From NCBI GenBank assembly GCA_965237525.1, contig CBDEFO010000008.1:1-64000 (forward strand): a stretch of 64,000 bases of DNA, in the 5' to 3' direction. Origin of the DNA: Candidatus Latescibacterota bacterium. Lineage in GTDB: Bacteria > Latescibacterota > CBDEFO01. Below the pieces are notes generated by a model. The model was given only the letters and a program-made list of their open reading frames with translations. It was not told where the DNA came from and searched no databases. The position numbers and the translations under genes were made by a program. Positions 19,749-28,989 of this stretch are shown one piece after another (the stretch's first letter is position 1; each line of letters opens with the position of its first letter).

Positions 19749-20131
19749 TAGTTGACCTCCGAAAGGCGATGTCGGACACCCTCCAGGAAGGTGAGGAGGT
19801 TATGGCCCAGACGGTAATCACCGTGAGGCTGCCAGTCTTCGACGTGGTAGGAGAATTGGAGCCACTGGCGTCCGATCTGTTCGACAGGACCGCTGCTGGC
19901 TCCCGGCTACTGACCGTTCTTTAGTCGAAGCGCCGGGTCGACATAGAAATTGTCCGGCGGGATTGTTGGGTATCCGGACGGAATCAGGATGAGCGTATCC
20001 GTGGCGTCCAGGCTCCACCCTCGTGGCAGGACGAGCCTCGTCAGGGTAAACCAATCAAGATTCGATCCGACTTCAAGCTTGGGGTGAGCCGCCTTGACGA
20101 GCTGAATTTCCTTCTGTCGTCGTTCTCGCAT
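19748..20131 (-). pseudogene. Prokaryotic E2 (family E-like), 127 codons with an in-frame TAG at 19907-19909
   Basis: LPRGWS...LILIPSGYPTIPPDNFYVDPALRL; the same frame continues past TAG as PGASSGPVEQIGRQWLQFSYHVEDWQPHGDYRLGHNLLTFLEGVRHRLSEVN*. Its stop overlaps the E1 GTG start. Confidence 0.85.
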
Positions 20132-20134
20132 GGT

Positions 20135-20398
20135 TCAACCCCTCTTGAATCTCGGAGCTTTCTTGAAGTGCTCCTTCGACTTGAGTTCAACCACCTCGTC
20201 CGGCGATAGCTGCTTCTGGCTTCCGTCCTCAAAGATCTGGACCAGGCCCGTCTCACGAGGAATTCTGGCTAAGTCCATGATTTCTCCAGCCGTAATTTTT
20301 GGTTCGTCGACGTGGAATTCCTTGCCATCTACGAAGAACGTAAAGACAGGCCCATGCCCGCCGTTCGGTCGATCTGGTTTCTTTTCAGTCATTTCCAT
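20135..20398 (-). CDS. Ubiquitin-like (multi-ubiquitin family) beta-grasp protein
   Basis: FTFFVDGKEFHVDEPKITAGEIMDLARIP...LSPDEVVEL...EHF; ends in an exposed tail APRFKRG; first gene upstream of E2 and E1. Confidence 0.82.
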   Translation of the reverse strand: MEMTEKKPDRPNGGHGPVFTFFVDGKEFHVDEPKITAGEIMDLARIPRETGLVQIFEDGSQKQLSPDEVVELKSKEHFKKAPRFKRG

Positions 20399-20439
20399 TC
20401 GCTACTTCCTTTCTCGTTCAGCTGCAAGCTTGCCATTAA

Positions 20440-20497
20440 CAAGCAGAACGCTTTAAATAGTAAGCAAAATCGCTGGAATTGTCAAGCGTTCTGCTTG
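20440..20497 (-). promoter_or_regulatory. Sigma70 promoter of the Ubl operon flanked by a 14-bp inverted-repeat operator
   Basis: Minus strand TTGACA (20485-20480), 17 nt, TACTAT (20462-20457). CAAGCAGAACGCTT (20440-20453) and AAGCGTTCTGCTTG (20484-20497) are perfect reverse complements. Confidence 0.8.
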
Positions 20498-20531
20498 ATT
20501 TTTCTAAGAAACAATGAGAACCTACTGTTGA

Positions 20532-20879
20532 ATGAGTGATTTATCGCAAGAATTATCACGATTGTGCAAACTGAGAGGAACGACCCTTCGCGCAGTCGAG
20601 GAAGGGACCGGGGTCTCGAACGCGTATTTGTCGCAGCTCGAGAACGGGTCGGTCAAGAGACCGCGTCCCCACGTCCTGCACAAGCTTGCGGACTTTTACG
20701 ATGTCGCGTACGAAGACTTGATGACCGCAGCCGGCTATCTGTCTCGCAATGACGAAAACCGGCCTGTTGATCCAGAACTGGTTGAGATCCAGCTGATGAG
20801 CGCGGGTCTCAGCAATCGGCAGAAGAAGGAATTGAAAAGATTCATACGCTTCTTGCAGCAGTCGCAGGAGGAAGATTGA
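20532..20879 (+). CDS. XRE-family HTH repressor (CapH/ImmR-like)
   Basis: TLRAVEEGTGVSNAYLSQLENG...P....LHKLADFYDV. Confidence 0.9.
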   Translation: MSDLSQELSRLCKLRGTTLRAVEEGTGVSNAYLSQLENGSVKRPRPHVLHKLADFYDVAYEDLMTAAGYLSRNDENRPVDPELVEIQLMSAGLSNRQKKELKRFIRFLQQSQEED

Positions 20880-20931
20880 GCGTTTACACGAGCAGAAGTG
20901 TCATCCTCCCCGTCCGGAGAGCGCAGACGTA

Positions 20932-21795
20932 GTGTCAGATTACGCCAGGAGGGCGTTGCGGGCCGCGGATGCCATTGGCCAACTTCCTACGCCGATCGAC
21001 GATCTTCTGGCAGCCGCTGAGATTGGAAACCTGCAGATCGACGAAGAAGTCAAGCAGAGTTTTTCCGCTCGACTCATCGGTGCCGCAAGGCAAGAGTTCG
21101 ATTCGATGTGGCAGAAGATTCGCGGGATTGCTGATCTTCGAGAACGCGTAACCTACGTCGATGAGAACACCACCCAGCCCAGAATCCGATTTGCTAAGGG
21201 ACACGAACTTGGCCATGAAGTGCTGCCGTGTCACCATCTGGATCCGGGTTGCTTCGACGACGAGAAGAGCCTGACCTGGGAGGCCGAGGAAATTTTCGAC
21301 ATGGAGGCGAATTTTTTCTCGGCAGAAGTGATATTTCAGGGCAGCAATTTCACCCGAATTGTTCGAGACTACACCGTTAGTTTCGACTCCATCTTCCATC
21401 TTGCAGACATCCACGGGGCCTCTCGTCACGCTACTGCTTGGCGTTATGTCGAAGAACAGGACGAATCTGTTGCGCTCGTGATGTATTGGCCCAGCAAGTT
21501 CAATTCCGAAATTCTTCGCCGGGGTAAGGTTGTTGCATCGTCAAATTTCCTTCGCAAATTCAGCGAGATCGATCTGCCGCGCCAGCTGGATCCAGGCCAT
21601 GATTGGATGACTACCCATGCTTCCAACCTCATTTACGGCGATATGATTTCACTGACCTGCGGCAAAGTTACGTTCCGGTTCGAATGGGAAGCTTGGTGGA
21701 ACGGATACGGACTGTTGGTGATGCTGCGGCGCAAACCGAAGCTTCACTTTGTCCGGCATCTCGCGGACAAAGTCACAGTGGCTTCTAGCAGATAG
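20932..21795 (+). CDS. ImmA/IrrE-family Zn metallopeptidase (CapP-like)
   Basis: RFAKGHELGH (HExxH) and EANFFSAE. The true start may be TTG at 20876 with a C missing in a C-run near 20908. Confidence 0.88.
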   Translation: MSDYARRALRAADAIGQLPTPIDDLLAAAEIGNLQIDEEVKQSFSARLIGAARQEFDSMWQKIRGIADLRERVTYVDENTTQPRIRFAKGHELGHEVLPCHHLDPGCFDDEKSLTWEAEEIFDMEANFFSAEVIFQGSNFTRIVRDYTVSFDSIFHLADIHGASRHATAWRYVEEQDESVALVMYWPSKFNSEILRRGKVVASSNFLRKFSEIDLPRQLDPGHDWMTTHASNLIYGDMISLTCGKVTFRFEWEAWWNGYGLLVMLRRKPKLHFVRHLADKVTVASSR

Positions 21796-21931
21796 GCTGT
21801 CCAGTTCCGCTTCGCAGGTAAAGCCGATCTTGGTAACCGCGCCGCGCCGAGGATATCTGTTCCCGATAAGCCGCGTGAGAGGCCCACACGGCCGCACGAT
21901 AGAATGGGGCTAGGGGGGACCACATTCTGAC

Positions 21932-22756
21932 ATGGCAAGACGAATAACGCTGTCCCAATGGAAAAGCAAGGTGCGCCAAGCTCAGCAGAAGAAGCGCCAA
22001 GCGATTGACAAATACAATCGTGAGGTAAATGCCTACAACGCGCGTGTTCGAGCCGACAGACAGCGGCTCAGGAATGAACTCGCACGGCTCAGCCGTCAAG
22101 CGGCAACAGCACGCTTTGCTACCTTCAGGACATCGTTCAACGTAGTTCATACAGCGTACGAACGGCTCGAACAAGCAGCAATAGGACACCGTTTTGATGC
22201 GCGTCACAACGAGATCCTTGATCTCGCGGAGCGAGAGGCCGCCAACAACGCGGGTTTGATGAACGCGATCTTGGGCGATTTGGATGCGTCCAGCCAAACA
22301 CCGGCGAACCCGTCCGATAGCCCGCTGACTCCAATCCTTCACGCGATATCTGCCGATTTCAGCGACCGTTGGCGGCGCGCGCTCTTTTCTTTAAACCCGC
22401 TCAACCCCGATGCAGCGCGCCACTTTTGTTCTAGCACCCGAGAGATCATCGCAGGAATTCTGGATACTAAAGCACCTGACGCTACCGTTGCTGCCGCCAT
22501 GCCTGCCTGCGACCGTACACCTTTGGGGACACCGACGCGCCGCGCCAAGATTCGCTACTTTCTTCACAATAATGGGATGTGTCAGGACGAGCTTGAAGAT
22601 TTCGTCGAGGCCGACATGAACAACGTTGTTGAGCTGTTTGATGTGTTCAATAAGGGCACCCACGGTTCCGCCGGGAAATTCAACCTGTCTCAGCTTCAGG
22701 CGATTCGCAAGCGGGCCGAAGACGGCATCATGTTCCTTTCCAGCCTAGTGATCTAA
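21932..22756 (+). CDS. Coiled-coil + predicted pPIWI-associating nuclease (pP_pnuc_1-like) protein
   Basis: Basic coiled-coil N-terminus; ALFSLNPLNPDAARHFCSSTREII, PTRRAKIRY, FNKGTHG. Confidence 0.6.
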   Translation: MARRITLSQWKSKVRQAQQKKRQAIDKYNREVNAYNARVRADRQRLRNELARLSRQAATARFATFRTSFNVVHTAYERLEQAAIGHRFDARHNEILDLAEREAANNAGLMNAILGDLDASSQTPANPSDSPLTPILHAISADFSDRWRRALFSLNPLNPDAARHFCSSTREIIAGILDTKAPDATVAAAMPACDRTPLGTPTRRAKIRYFLHNNGMCQDELEDFVEADMNNVVELFDVFNKGTHGSAGKFNLSQLQAIRKRAEDGIMFLSSLVI

Positions 22757-22960
22757 AAAGCGGGCTGACGAAGGTAATCGCTTCGGGCCTACCATCGGAC
22801 TCCGGGTGGTCGAGTTCAACCGGGAACCCAATGTCCCATTTTTCCTCTCAGATTGAGATGCGCACGATGATATTGCGGATGACGGTCTTGTGCCGGCGGT
22901 CGTAGAGGCGAGTGGTGCGGGGGGCGACGTGGCCGGCGATAACGCCGGACGCGAAGGCGT

Positions 22961-23160
22961 TTCAGTTCATCCAGGACAGACGACCGTCGAGAACGGCGAC
23001 AGTTCGCTGATGGTGCGGTTCAAGGCAGGTGGAATCGAGGAAATGTGCTGGCACCTCGTGACCTGGGGAGGGAGCGTCACGGTCGAACGGCCGGCCGGAT
23101 TTCGCCGGCGACTGGCCGAAATGTACGCCGCGCTCGCGGTTAACCATCGCGCCGAGTGTT
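22961..23160 (+). pseudogene. C-terminal (WCX) fragment of a WYL-domain regulator
   Basis: HPGQTTVENGDSSLMVRFKAGGIEEMCWHLVTWGGSVTVERP; no HTH or WYL core upstream. Confidence 0.65.
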
Positions 23161-23299
23161 CCGATCAAGAAACCCGATCCTGATTACAAGCATCAGCGGC
23201 AGAGCGGCTCGACTGAAGGATATGCGACGACCGCAGGTGCCTCAACCGCCGGATCACGGCAGAGAATCTGCGATGTTTGCACGCGCATCGAGGATGCGG

Positions 23300-23716
23300 T
23301 GTGCATTGCCGCCGCTGTATGCGCCCCTCATTCGGCTATTGATGCGCTGGGACCGGGAAGGTGCCTTGCCGCCGGAGCCGCTCACCGAAATCATCGCGGT
23401 GAACCGCTGGGTTGCCCAACACTCCGGGGTGCTCGCCTTCTTCGGGGATGCGACCCGGGAGGATCGTAGGGTGGACATCGAAGACATTGTGACCGATCTG
23501 GTTGAGGAACTCGTCTCCGATGACCGCGCCCTCGGCTGCGAGGCGGAGACGCGTCGCGCCCTCGCTATCATCCGCGACGGAACCAGCACGGACCGGAAGG
23601 TCGATCTATTTCGCCTGCTCCGCCTAGAGGGGGACACAGAGGAAGCGGCGCTCCACAGAGTGTTCGATCTGCTACTCGCCGAGACCTGGGAGGACATCGG
23701 GGAAGCGTCTGGTTGA
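23300..23716 (+). pseudogene. C-terminal fragment of a YbdK/GCS2 carboxylate-amine ligase
   Basis: IIAVNRWVAQHSG...ALGCEAE...IIRDGTSTDR...ALHRVFDLLLAET. Confidence 0.65.
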
Positions 23717-23761
23717 TCCGCAGGAACTATTAGGGACCCAGGGCGTCCGAGGCGGATCCGG

Positions 23762-24920
23762 TCACGGGAGGATCGGCACGACCTTCGGTTCCCGATTCCC
23801 ACCAGCTAGGAACTTCGCCCACTGCTCCATCAAGACGCGCCGGCGCTCAAACAGGTCCGAGCGGGCATAGGCCGCTTCCACCTGGTTCCGGACCACATGC
23901 GACAACGCTGCCTCCATCACCGCATGGGGCGCGTCCGTGCATTCGGCCGCCCAGTCGCGAAAGGTCGAACGGAATCCGTGCGGCACGGCTGGGATGCCCA
24001 GTTCCCAAAGCAAGGTGTTGAAAACAGAGTCCGATAGGGCTCGTCCAGTGGGAGACGGAAACACCCATTCCGACAAGAGCGTGTTTTGTTTCGCCTCGAT
24101 CAGAATTTCCCGCGCCCGGGACGACAATGGCACCCGGTGCTCCCGTTTGTGCTTCATCCTCTCCGGGGGAATCCTCCACTCTCCGGCCTCCAGGTCGACC
24201 TCCTCCCAGCGGGCCCCGCGCACCTCCCCGGAACGGCACGCCGTCAGAACCAGAAACTCGAAGGCCAGCTTGACCGCAACCACCGTCTCGGATTGCCGCA
24301 CTGTCCGGATCGCACTAGCCACCTCTCCATAGGGCAGCGCCCGGTGGTGCCGTTGAATGCCGCCAGGTTTGGGCAACGCGGCCCCGATCGCCTCCCCGGC
24401 CGGATTGTCCAGCCGGTAGCCTTGGGCAATGGCCCACTTCATCACCGTGCCGTCTGGTGCTTGGAGTTCCAGATCGGGAGCAGGACGGCCATGACATCGG
24501 CCGAGCGGATCCAATCTACCCGCTTCTGGCCAATCTTCGGGTATACATAGTCCCGCAGGGTTCCTGTCCACTGGGCGGCGTGCCTGCCACTTTTCCAGTT
24601 CGGCCGGTGCATGGCGATCACCTTGGCGGCGGCCTGCTCGAACGTCGGCACGGATTGGCGCCTGGAGGCTATGGGATCGCCACCCGCCCGAGCCAGTCTG
24701 CGGTTGGCCACTGCAGTCTCCCGGGCTTGGGCCAGCGTCACCAGCCGGACCGGACCCAGGCCTAATTCCCGGCGCTTGCCATGTATGAAGAGCCGTTGGA
24801 TCCATTGCTTGTATCCGGACGGCTTGACGCGTAGTATCAGGCCGTGCTCGTCGCAAAAGATACCCGGCTTTGGACGGTGCGGACGAAGGCGGCGGTGAGT
24901 TTCTTACCATGTCGAGCCAT
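23762..24920 (-). pseudogene. P4-like tyrosine integrase with arm-binding domain, disrupted
   Basis: MARHGKKLTAAFVRTV, HGLILRVKPSG.KQW, RELGLG, VTLAQAR; catalytic TACRSGE, MK, HGFRSTF, LSH, AY. One frameshift near 24870 and a deletion near 24447. Confidence 0.9.
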
Positions 24921-25301
24921 TGGATCACCCTTTTATGATCACACTAGTGATCACCCTTTCAGTCCTGGAATACACCAGACTTACACAGGATGCCACTATA
25001 CCACAAGTAATTCACAAACAGACAGCTATACTATATTATTGCACATCATGGAATCTAGCAGGACTATGAATAAGCGGATTGCCTGGCCGCTCAATGGCTT
25101 GCTGCCTCTCCAGCAAACGGCCCATGCCTCCTCCCGACGACGATTTGCTTCTCTCACAATGGTGCTATCTTGCTTCGGACTTTAGTCTCTGCGAGAACAC
25201 CTCGCTCTTTACTGCCTCCACTCCTCAGCGAAGCGCCCACCGGCCCCGTCAGGAGTTGCGACTCCTAATGAGACGCGAAGGGGAACCAGAACCGATCTGA
25301 T

Positions 25302-26078
25302 CTATTTGAGCAGAAACTTGAAAGTTATGATCGCTCTTTGATCTACCTGTTCCTGACCCCTTGCCAAGGGCTTGAAGCGCCATCTTAGAAGAGCAGTCAT
25401 CGCGGCGTTTTCAAGTTGAATATTCAATCTGCTCACAACGCTCATGCTCGGTTTAACGTTGCCCTTGGGATCGACCCAGAACTCTATCTTGACGTTGCCC
25501 TCTTCCTGAACGCCGGGTGGATATGTGGGGCGCACAGAGCTTATTATGTCTCCGATCTTGCCCTCCCATTCGATCTCGAAGCTGACGACATCTTTGCCCA
25601 CCTTCTCTGATTCTATTCCGGCCCCCGGCTCTGTTCCGACTCCGACCCTTTCGTTTATGAACGTCTCTTTTTTCCTTGTCGTGCCTATACCGGTCTGGGA
25701 CTGATCGTAAGACGTTTGGCTTTTGGGAACAAATATCTCTTTTTTCTGTTCCTCTGAAATGTCCTGTGTGGAGATTAACTTCTGCTCTTTGGGGACGTAG
25801 ATAGCAGGCTCTTCGATCTCTAACATCTTGCGATCAGGAGCCTGCACCCTTTGAGTTGGATCCTTGTCCTCTTCCTGGTCACTTGAGAACTCCTCCATGG
25901 CGCGCTCGATGCTCGCCTTGGATATTTGTCCCAGGCTCATTTCTACAAAGACAGGGCGTTCTAATTCGACCCCTACTGTGATCTTGAATAGTATAAGGGC
26001 AAGCAGGACATGAAGGGCAACCGATATAAAAAAAGCTCCCAGCAGGTTTTCAGTGATTCTTCCCGGAATATCTTTCAG
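25302..26078 (-). CDS. tonB: Energy transducer TonB
   Basis: C-terminal PTYP...EGNVKIEFWVDPKGNV...WRFKP. The frame is open upstream of 25940 with TM anchor FFISVALHVLLALIL (SxxxH). Probable CTG start at 26078. Confidence 0.85.
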   Translation of the reverse strand: MKDIPGRITENLLGAFFISVALHVLLALILFKITVGVELERPVFVEMSLGQISKASIERAMEEFSSDQEEDKDPTQRVQAPDRKMLEIEEPAIYVPKEQKLISTQDISEEQKKEIFVPKSQTSYDQSQTGIGTTRKKETFINERVGVGTEPGAGIESEKVGKDVVSFEIEWEGKIGDIISSVRPTYPPGVQEEGNVKIEFWVDPKGNVKPSMSVVSRLNIQLENAAMTALLRWRFKPLARGQEQVDQRAIITFKFLLK

Positions 26079-26205
26079 TGGTACTCACCACCTTTAAATA
26101 GTGGACTGGGCAAAAGTTAAGGCTCTTCAACGGGCAGGGCATCCAGCCAGAAAGACATTACACTTAGTGCCTCTGTGTCTCCCTTCAGGCTAGGCTTCGG
26201 CTTCT

Positions 26206-26613
26206 TCACTCTTGGATTACCTGTGTAGCGATCAGGAAGTCCTCAGCGCCTGCCCTTTTGGATACGTCGATGACGTCCACCAGCTTTTCCACCGACACCC
26301 GCTTATCCGGCCTGATAACCACAGCCGGATTGCCCAGAGAGCTTGTGATCATCTGCCTGATTTGAGACGGGAGCACAGACCTGGACACCCTCTTATCGTT
26401 TAAATAGAGCGTCCCGTCCTGTGCTATCGTTACTACAATAGTCTTTTCAGCGCTGACTTCGGTACTTGCGGTTCTCGGAAGCTCAACCTTGATCCCCGGC
26501 TGAAGTATGTACGTGGAGGACAAAAGGAAAAACACAAGAAGGAGAAAGACTATATCTGTGAGGGATATAGTCGCAAAACTCGTGATCATCCGACTTTTCG
26601 GCCTTATGTTCAT
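26206..26613 (-). CDS. exbD: ExbD/TolR protein
   Basis: SLTDIVFLLLVFFLL, GIKVELP, IRPDKRV, AG. Confidence 0.95.
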   Translation of the reverse strand: MNIRPKSRMITSFATISLTDIVFLLLVFFLLSSTYILQPGIKVELPRTASTEVSAEKTIVVTIAQDGTLYLNDKRVSRSVLPSQIRQMITSSLGNPAVVIRPDKRVSVEKLVDVIDVSKRAGAEDFLIATQVIQE

Positions 26614-27239
26614 TTTTCATCCTCTCTAAAAAGCAGGTTCAGAAGTTCCGCAGAACTCGTCTCTATCTCGAATGCGTGCCTTTGTATTCTGCTTATAAAG
26701 TAGTTGTAAAAGATTAAGGCCGGAATTCCCACAGTCAATCCCTCAGCTGTCGTGACCATAGCCTCCCAGATGCCTCCCGCCAGAACTTGAGTGTTCACGT
26801 TCCCGCCCAGGTCCTCAATTTTCATGAATGCCTTTATCATCCCCGTTACCGTTCCCAAGAAGCCTATCAGCGGAGCCACTCCTGCTACAGTTCCCAGGAT
26901 GCCAACGCGTCTTTCAAGCTGAAACACCTCGGCGTTTCCGGCGTTTTCTATAGCTTCCTTCACCTCCTCTTTTGTCTGGTCGTGCATCCCAAGCGCAGAT
27001 TCGAACACCGATCCGACAGGCCCGCCGACCTCCCTGGACGACATAATAGCTCCGTCTATATCGCTTCGGGACAGAGCTCCTCTTATCTTGAGCATCAAGC
27101 TCCCTGTATTGGTGCTCGCCTTTCTCAGAGCCAAGAAACGTTCGACCACCACAGCGATCATAATCATCGAGCATAAGACCAGTGGAATCGTAAGCCATCC
27201 GCCTTTGGCGGCAATTGCCAATAAGTTCAGTTCCTCCAT
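26610..27239 (-). CDS. exbB: ExbB/TolQ/MotA proton channel
   Basis: APLIGFLGTVTGMI, AGGIWEAMVTTA.GL.VGIPA. Confidence 0.95.
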   Translation of the reverse strand: MEELNLLAIAAKGGWLTIPLVLCSMIMIAVVVERFLALRKASTNTGSLMLKIRGALSRSDIDGAIMSSREVGGPVGSVFESALGMHDQTKEEVKEAIENAGNAEVFQLERRVGILGTVAGVAPLIGFLGTVTGMIKAFMKIEDLGGNVNTQVLAGGIWEAMVTTAEGLTVGIPALIFYNYFISRIQRHAFEIETSSAELLNLLFREDEK

Positions 27240-27351
27240 TTATTTCCTCCAGGTTTTTCTCACTTAGAAGGCTAATACGCTAATAATGAATGGTGAGGGT
27301 TAGGAAGTACGTAGGGATGTGGGGATGCCCTGTTTACTGTCTACTATTTTA

Positions 27352-28989
27352 CTACCAATTTCCCCTTACTCCTCCATAGATCGCCAAGTCAGGCATATCA
27401 TATCCTTCCCATACTTCATAAGCCTCATCTAAAAGATTTTCGCCCCTAAATAAGACGGTAATATAAGAGCCGATAGTCTTGGATCCCTCAAATTCCAGCA
27501 GGACATATGAGTCCAAGGTGTTCTTTGTTGAAATTGATGTGAACCTCTCATCTATCCAGCGCGCGCTGACGCCGAAGTTGAAGCCTGAAAAAGGACCTAT
27601 CTTGATCTTGCCGGCAATTTCTTTATCAGGAACGCAAGGAACATTTCCGACTATACCAGATGTGAACTGGATGTCCCTCAAGAGCACATCCGAAGACACT
27701 GTAACTCCCTCTATTATATGGAGATCTAACCGAGCGGACGCAATTTTAGTCTCGACTGTACCGTCCTGATTCGTCTCCCATAGACTATCTTTATCTACAT
27801 CCTCCCAGACCATAAAACGCTCTTCCTCCTGAAATCCAACAGAAGCATTGAGATTCAGCCTATCCCCGACTGTCACCTCCAATCCCGCCTCGCCGTTTAT
27901 CTCCCTGTCCGAGGGGATAGGAGCAGCCAAAGGATCTATAAACTGATTGAGCGAATATGCCCCGAAGAAATGCCCCCGTTTAACTTCAGGAGCGTAGCGG
28001 CCATAGACTCTGAACTCCTTTGTGGGTTCGTAGTCGAACTGTGCGAACGGATATACCTTATTTTCTGACTCTCCTAGATAGGCATCGGACACAAAGAGAG
28101 CAGCTCCTCCTTTTACACCCACTCCTACCTTCGAACTGTAACCTGCTGTGGCCTGAAACCTGAAAAACTGATTATCCCCATCTTTCGCATCCGGAACTCC
28201 TGTCCTGTCCAGAAAATCTCCGGCGTATTCTAAATCCACATCAATTCTAAATCCTCCGCTAAGCTTATTAAAACCCAAAGACGCTTCGAGCGCATTTTCG
28301 TCCACGTTAATATCGCCTACGTCATCAGAGAGACGATTCACCGTTAGAAAGATCTCCGCCTCCAGATCTGCCGCTTTGTGAAGCTTCGGCTCTATCCCTA
28401 TTTTGAATCTCCTTACGTCCCTTTCTATGACTGGCGACGTCGCCCAGAGTTCGCTTGAGCTATCGTAGAAGTCGACTTCGACCAAAACTTCAGAAAGGCG
28501 AGATGGAGAAAATAGAAGCTCCAAAGAGGCATTGTCCCTCCTGTAAGATGAACTGTCAACGTGCCCCCCGCTCAACACGTTATCAAAGTTGAAAAGGAGT
28601 GCCGCTTTCTCGAAGGTGTTTGCGTATGCCAGTCCCGCCGCAAACGATGAAAAGGACCCGCCCTCGCCGTAGCCCCGGCCGGTCTCCTTCCTTCTAGTCG
28701 GGAGTTCCTGTGTCAAGGACATTTTGGCCAAAAACTCCCTGTTTTCGATTCCTCCTTTTTCCCTGAACCTGTCTTCGAGACGACTGGGGAAACTGAACCC
28801 GCCCGACAGCTCTCTCTTATCACCCGTTATTACGAAATCTATGCGCTCCACTCCATAGACCTCCATGCTCGGGAGTTCCAAGGACGGCAGGTCTTCTTTC
28901 TGCTCTGCCGCTCTGGATAGGGGCACCAAAATTGTCAAGATCAACGCCGCAACGAAAATAACCCCCGTGAACCTGCAGTTTCCTATCAC
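27352..28989 (-). CDS. TonB-dependent-receptor-like outer-membrane beta-barrel
   Basis: Signal peptide, LPSMEVYG TonB-box-like segment, amphipathic strands, ENLLDEAY, terminal W. Confidence 0.75.
   Translation of the reverse strand: MIGNCRFTGVIFVAALILTILVPLSRAAEQKEDLPSLELPSMEVYGVERIDFVITGDKRELSGGFSFPSRLEDRFREKGGIENREFLAKMSLTQELPTRRKETGRGYGEGGSFSSFAAGLAYANTFEKAALLFNFDNVLSGGHVDSSSYRRDNASLELLFSPSRLSEVLVEVDFYDSSSELWATSPVIERDVRRFKIGIEPKLHKAADLEAEIFLTVNRLSDDVGDINVDENALEASLGFNKLSGGFRIDVDLEYAGDFLDRTGVPDAKDGDNQFFRFQATAGYSSKVGVGVKGGAALFVSDAYLGESENKVYPFAQFDYEPTKEFRVYGRYAPEVKRGHFFGAYSLNQFIDPLAAPIPSDREINGEAGLEVTVGDRLNLNASVGFQEEERFMVWEDVDKDSLWETNQDGTVETKIASARLDLHIIEGVTVSSDVLLRDIQFTSGIVGNVPCVPDKEIAGKIKIGPFSGFNFGVSARWIDERFTSISTKNTLDSYVLLEFEGSKTIGSYITVLFRGENLLDEAYEVWEGYDMPDLAIYGGVRGNW

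Noticed and set aside
25040..25300. tRNA, tmRNA or RNase P RNA as the integrase attachment site
   Set aside because: No cloverleaf, T-loop GTTCGA, CCA end or rnpB consensus; only a short hairpin AGGAGTTGCGACTCCT.
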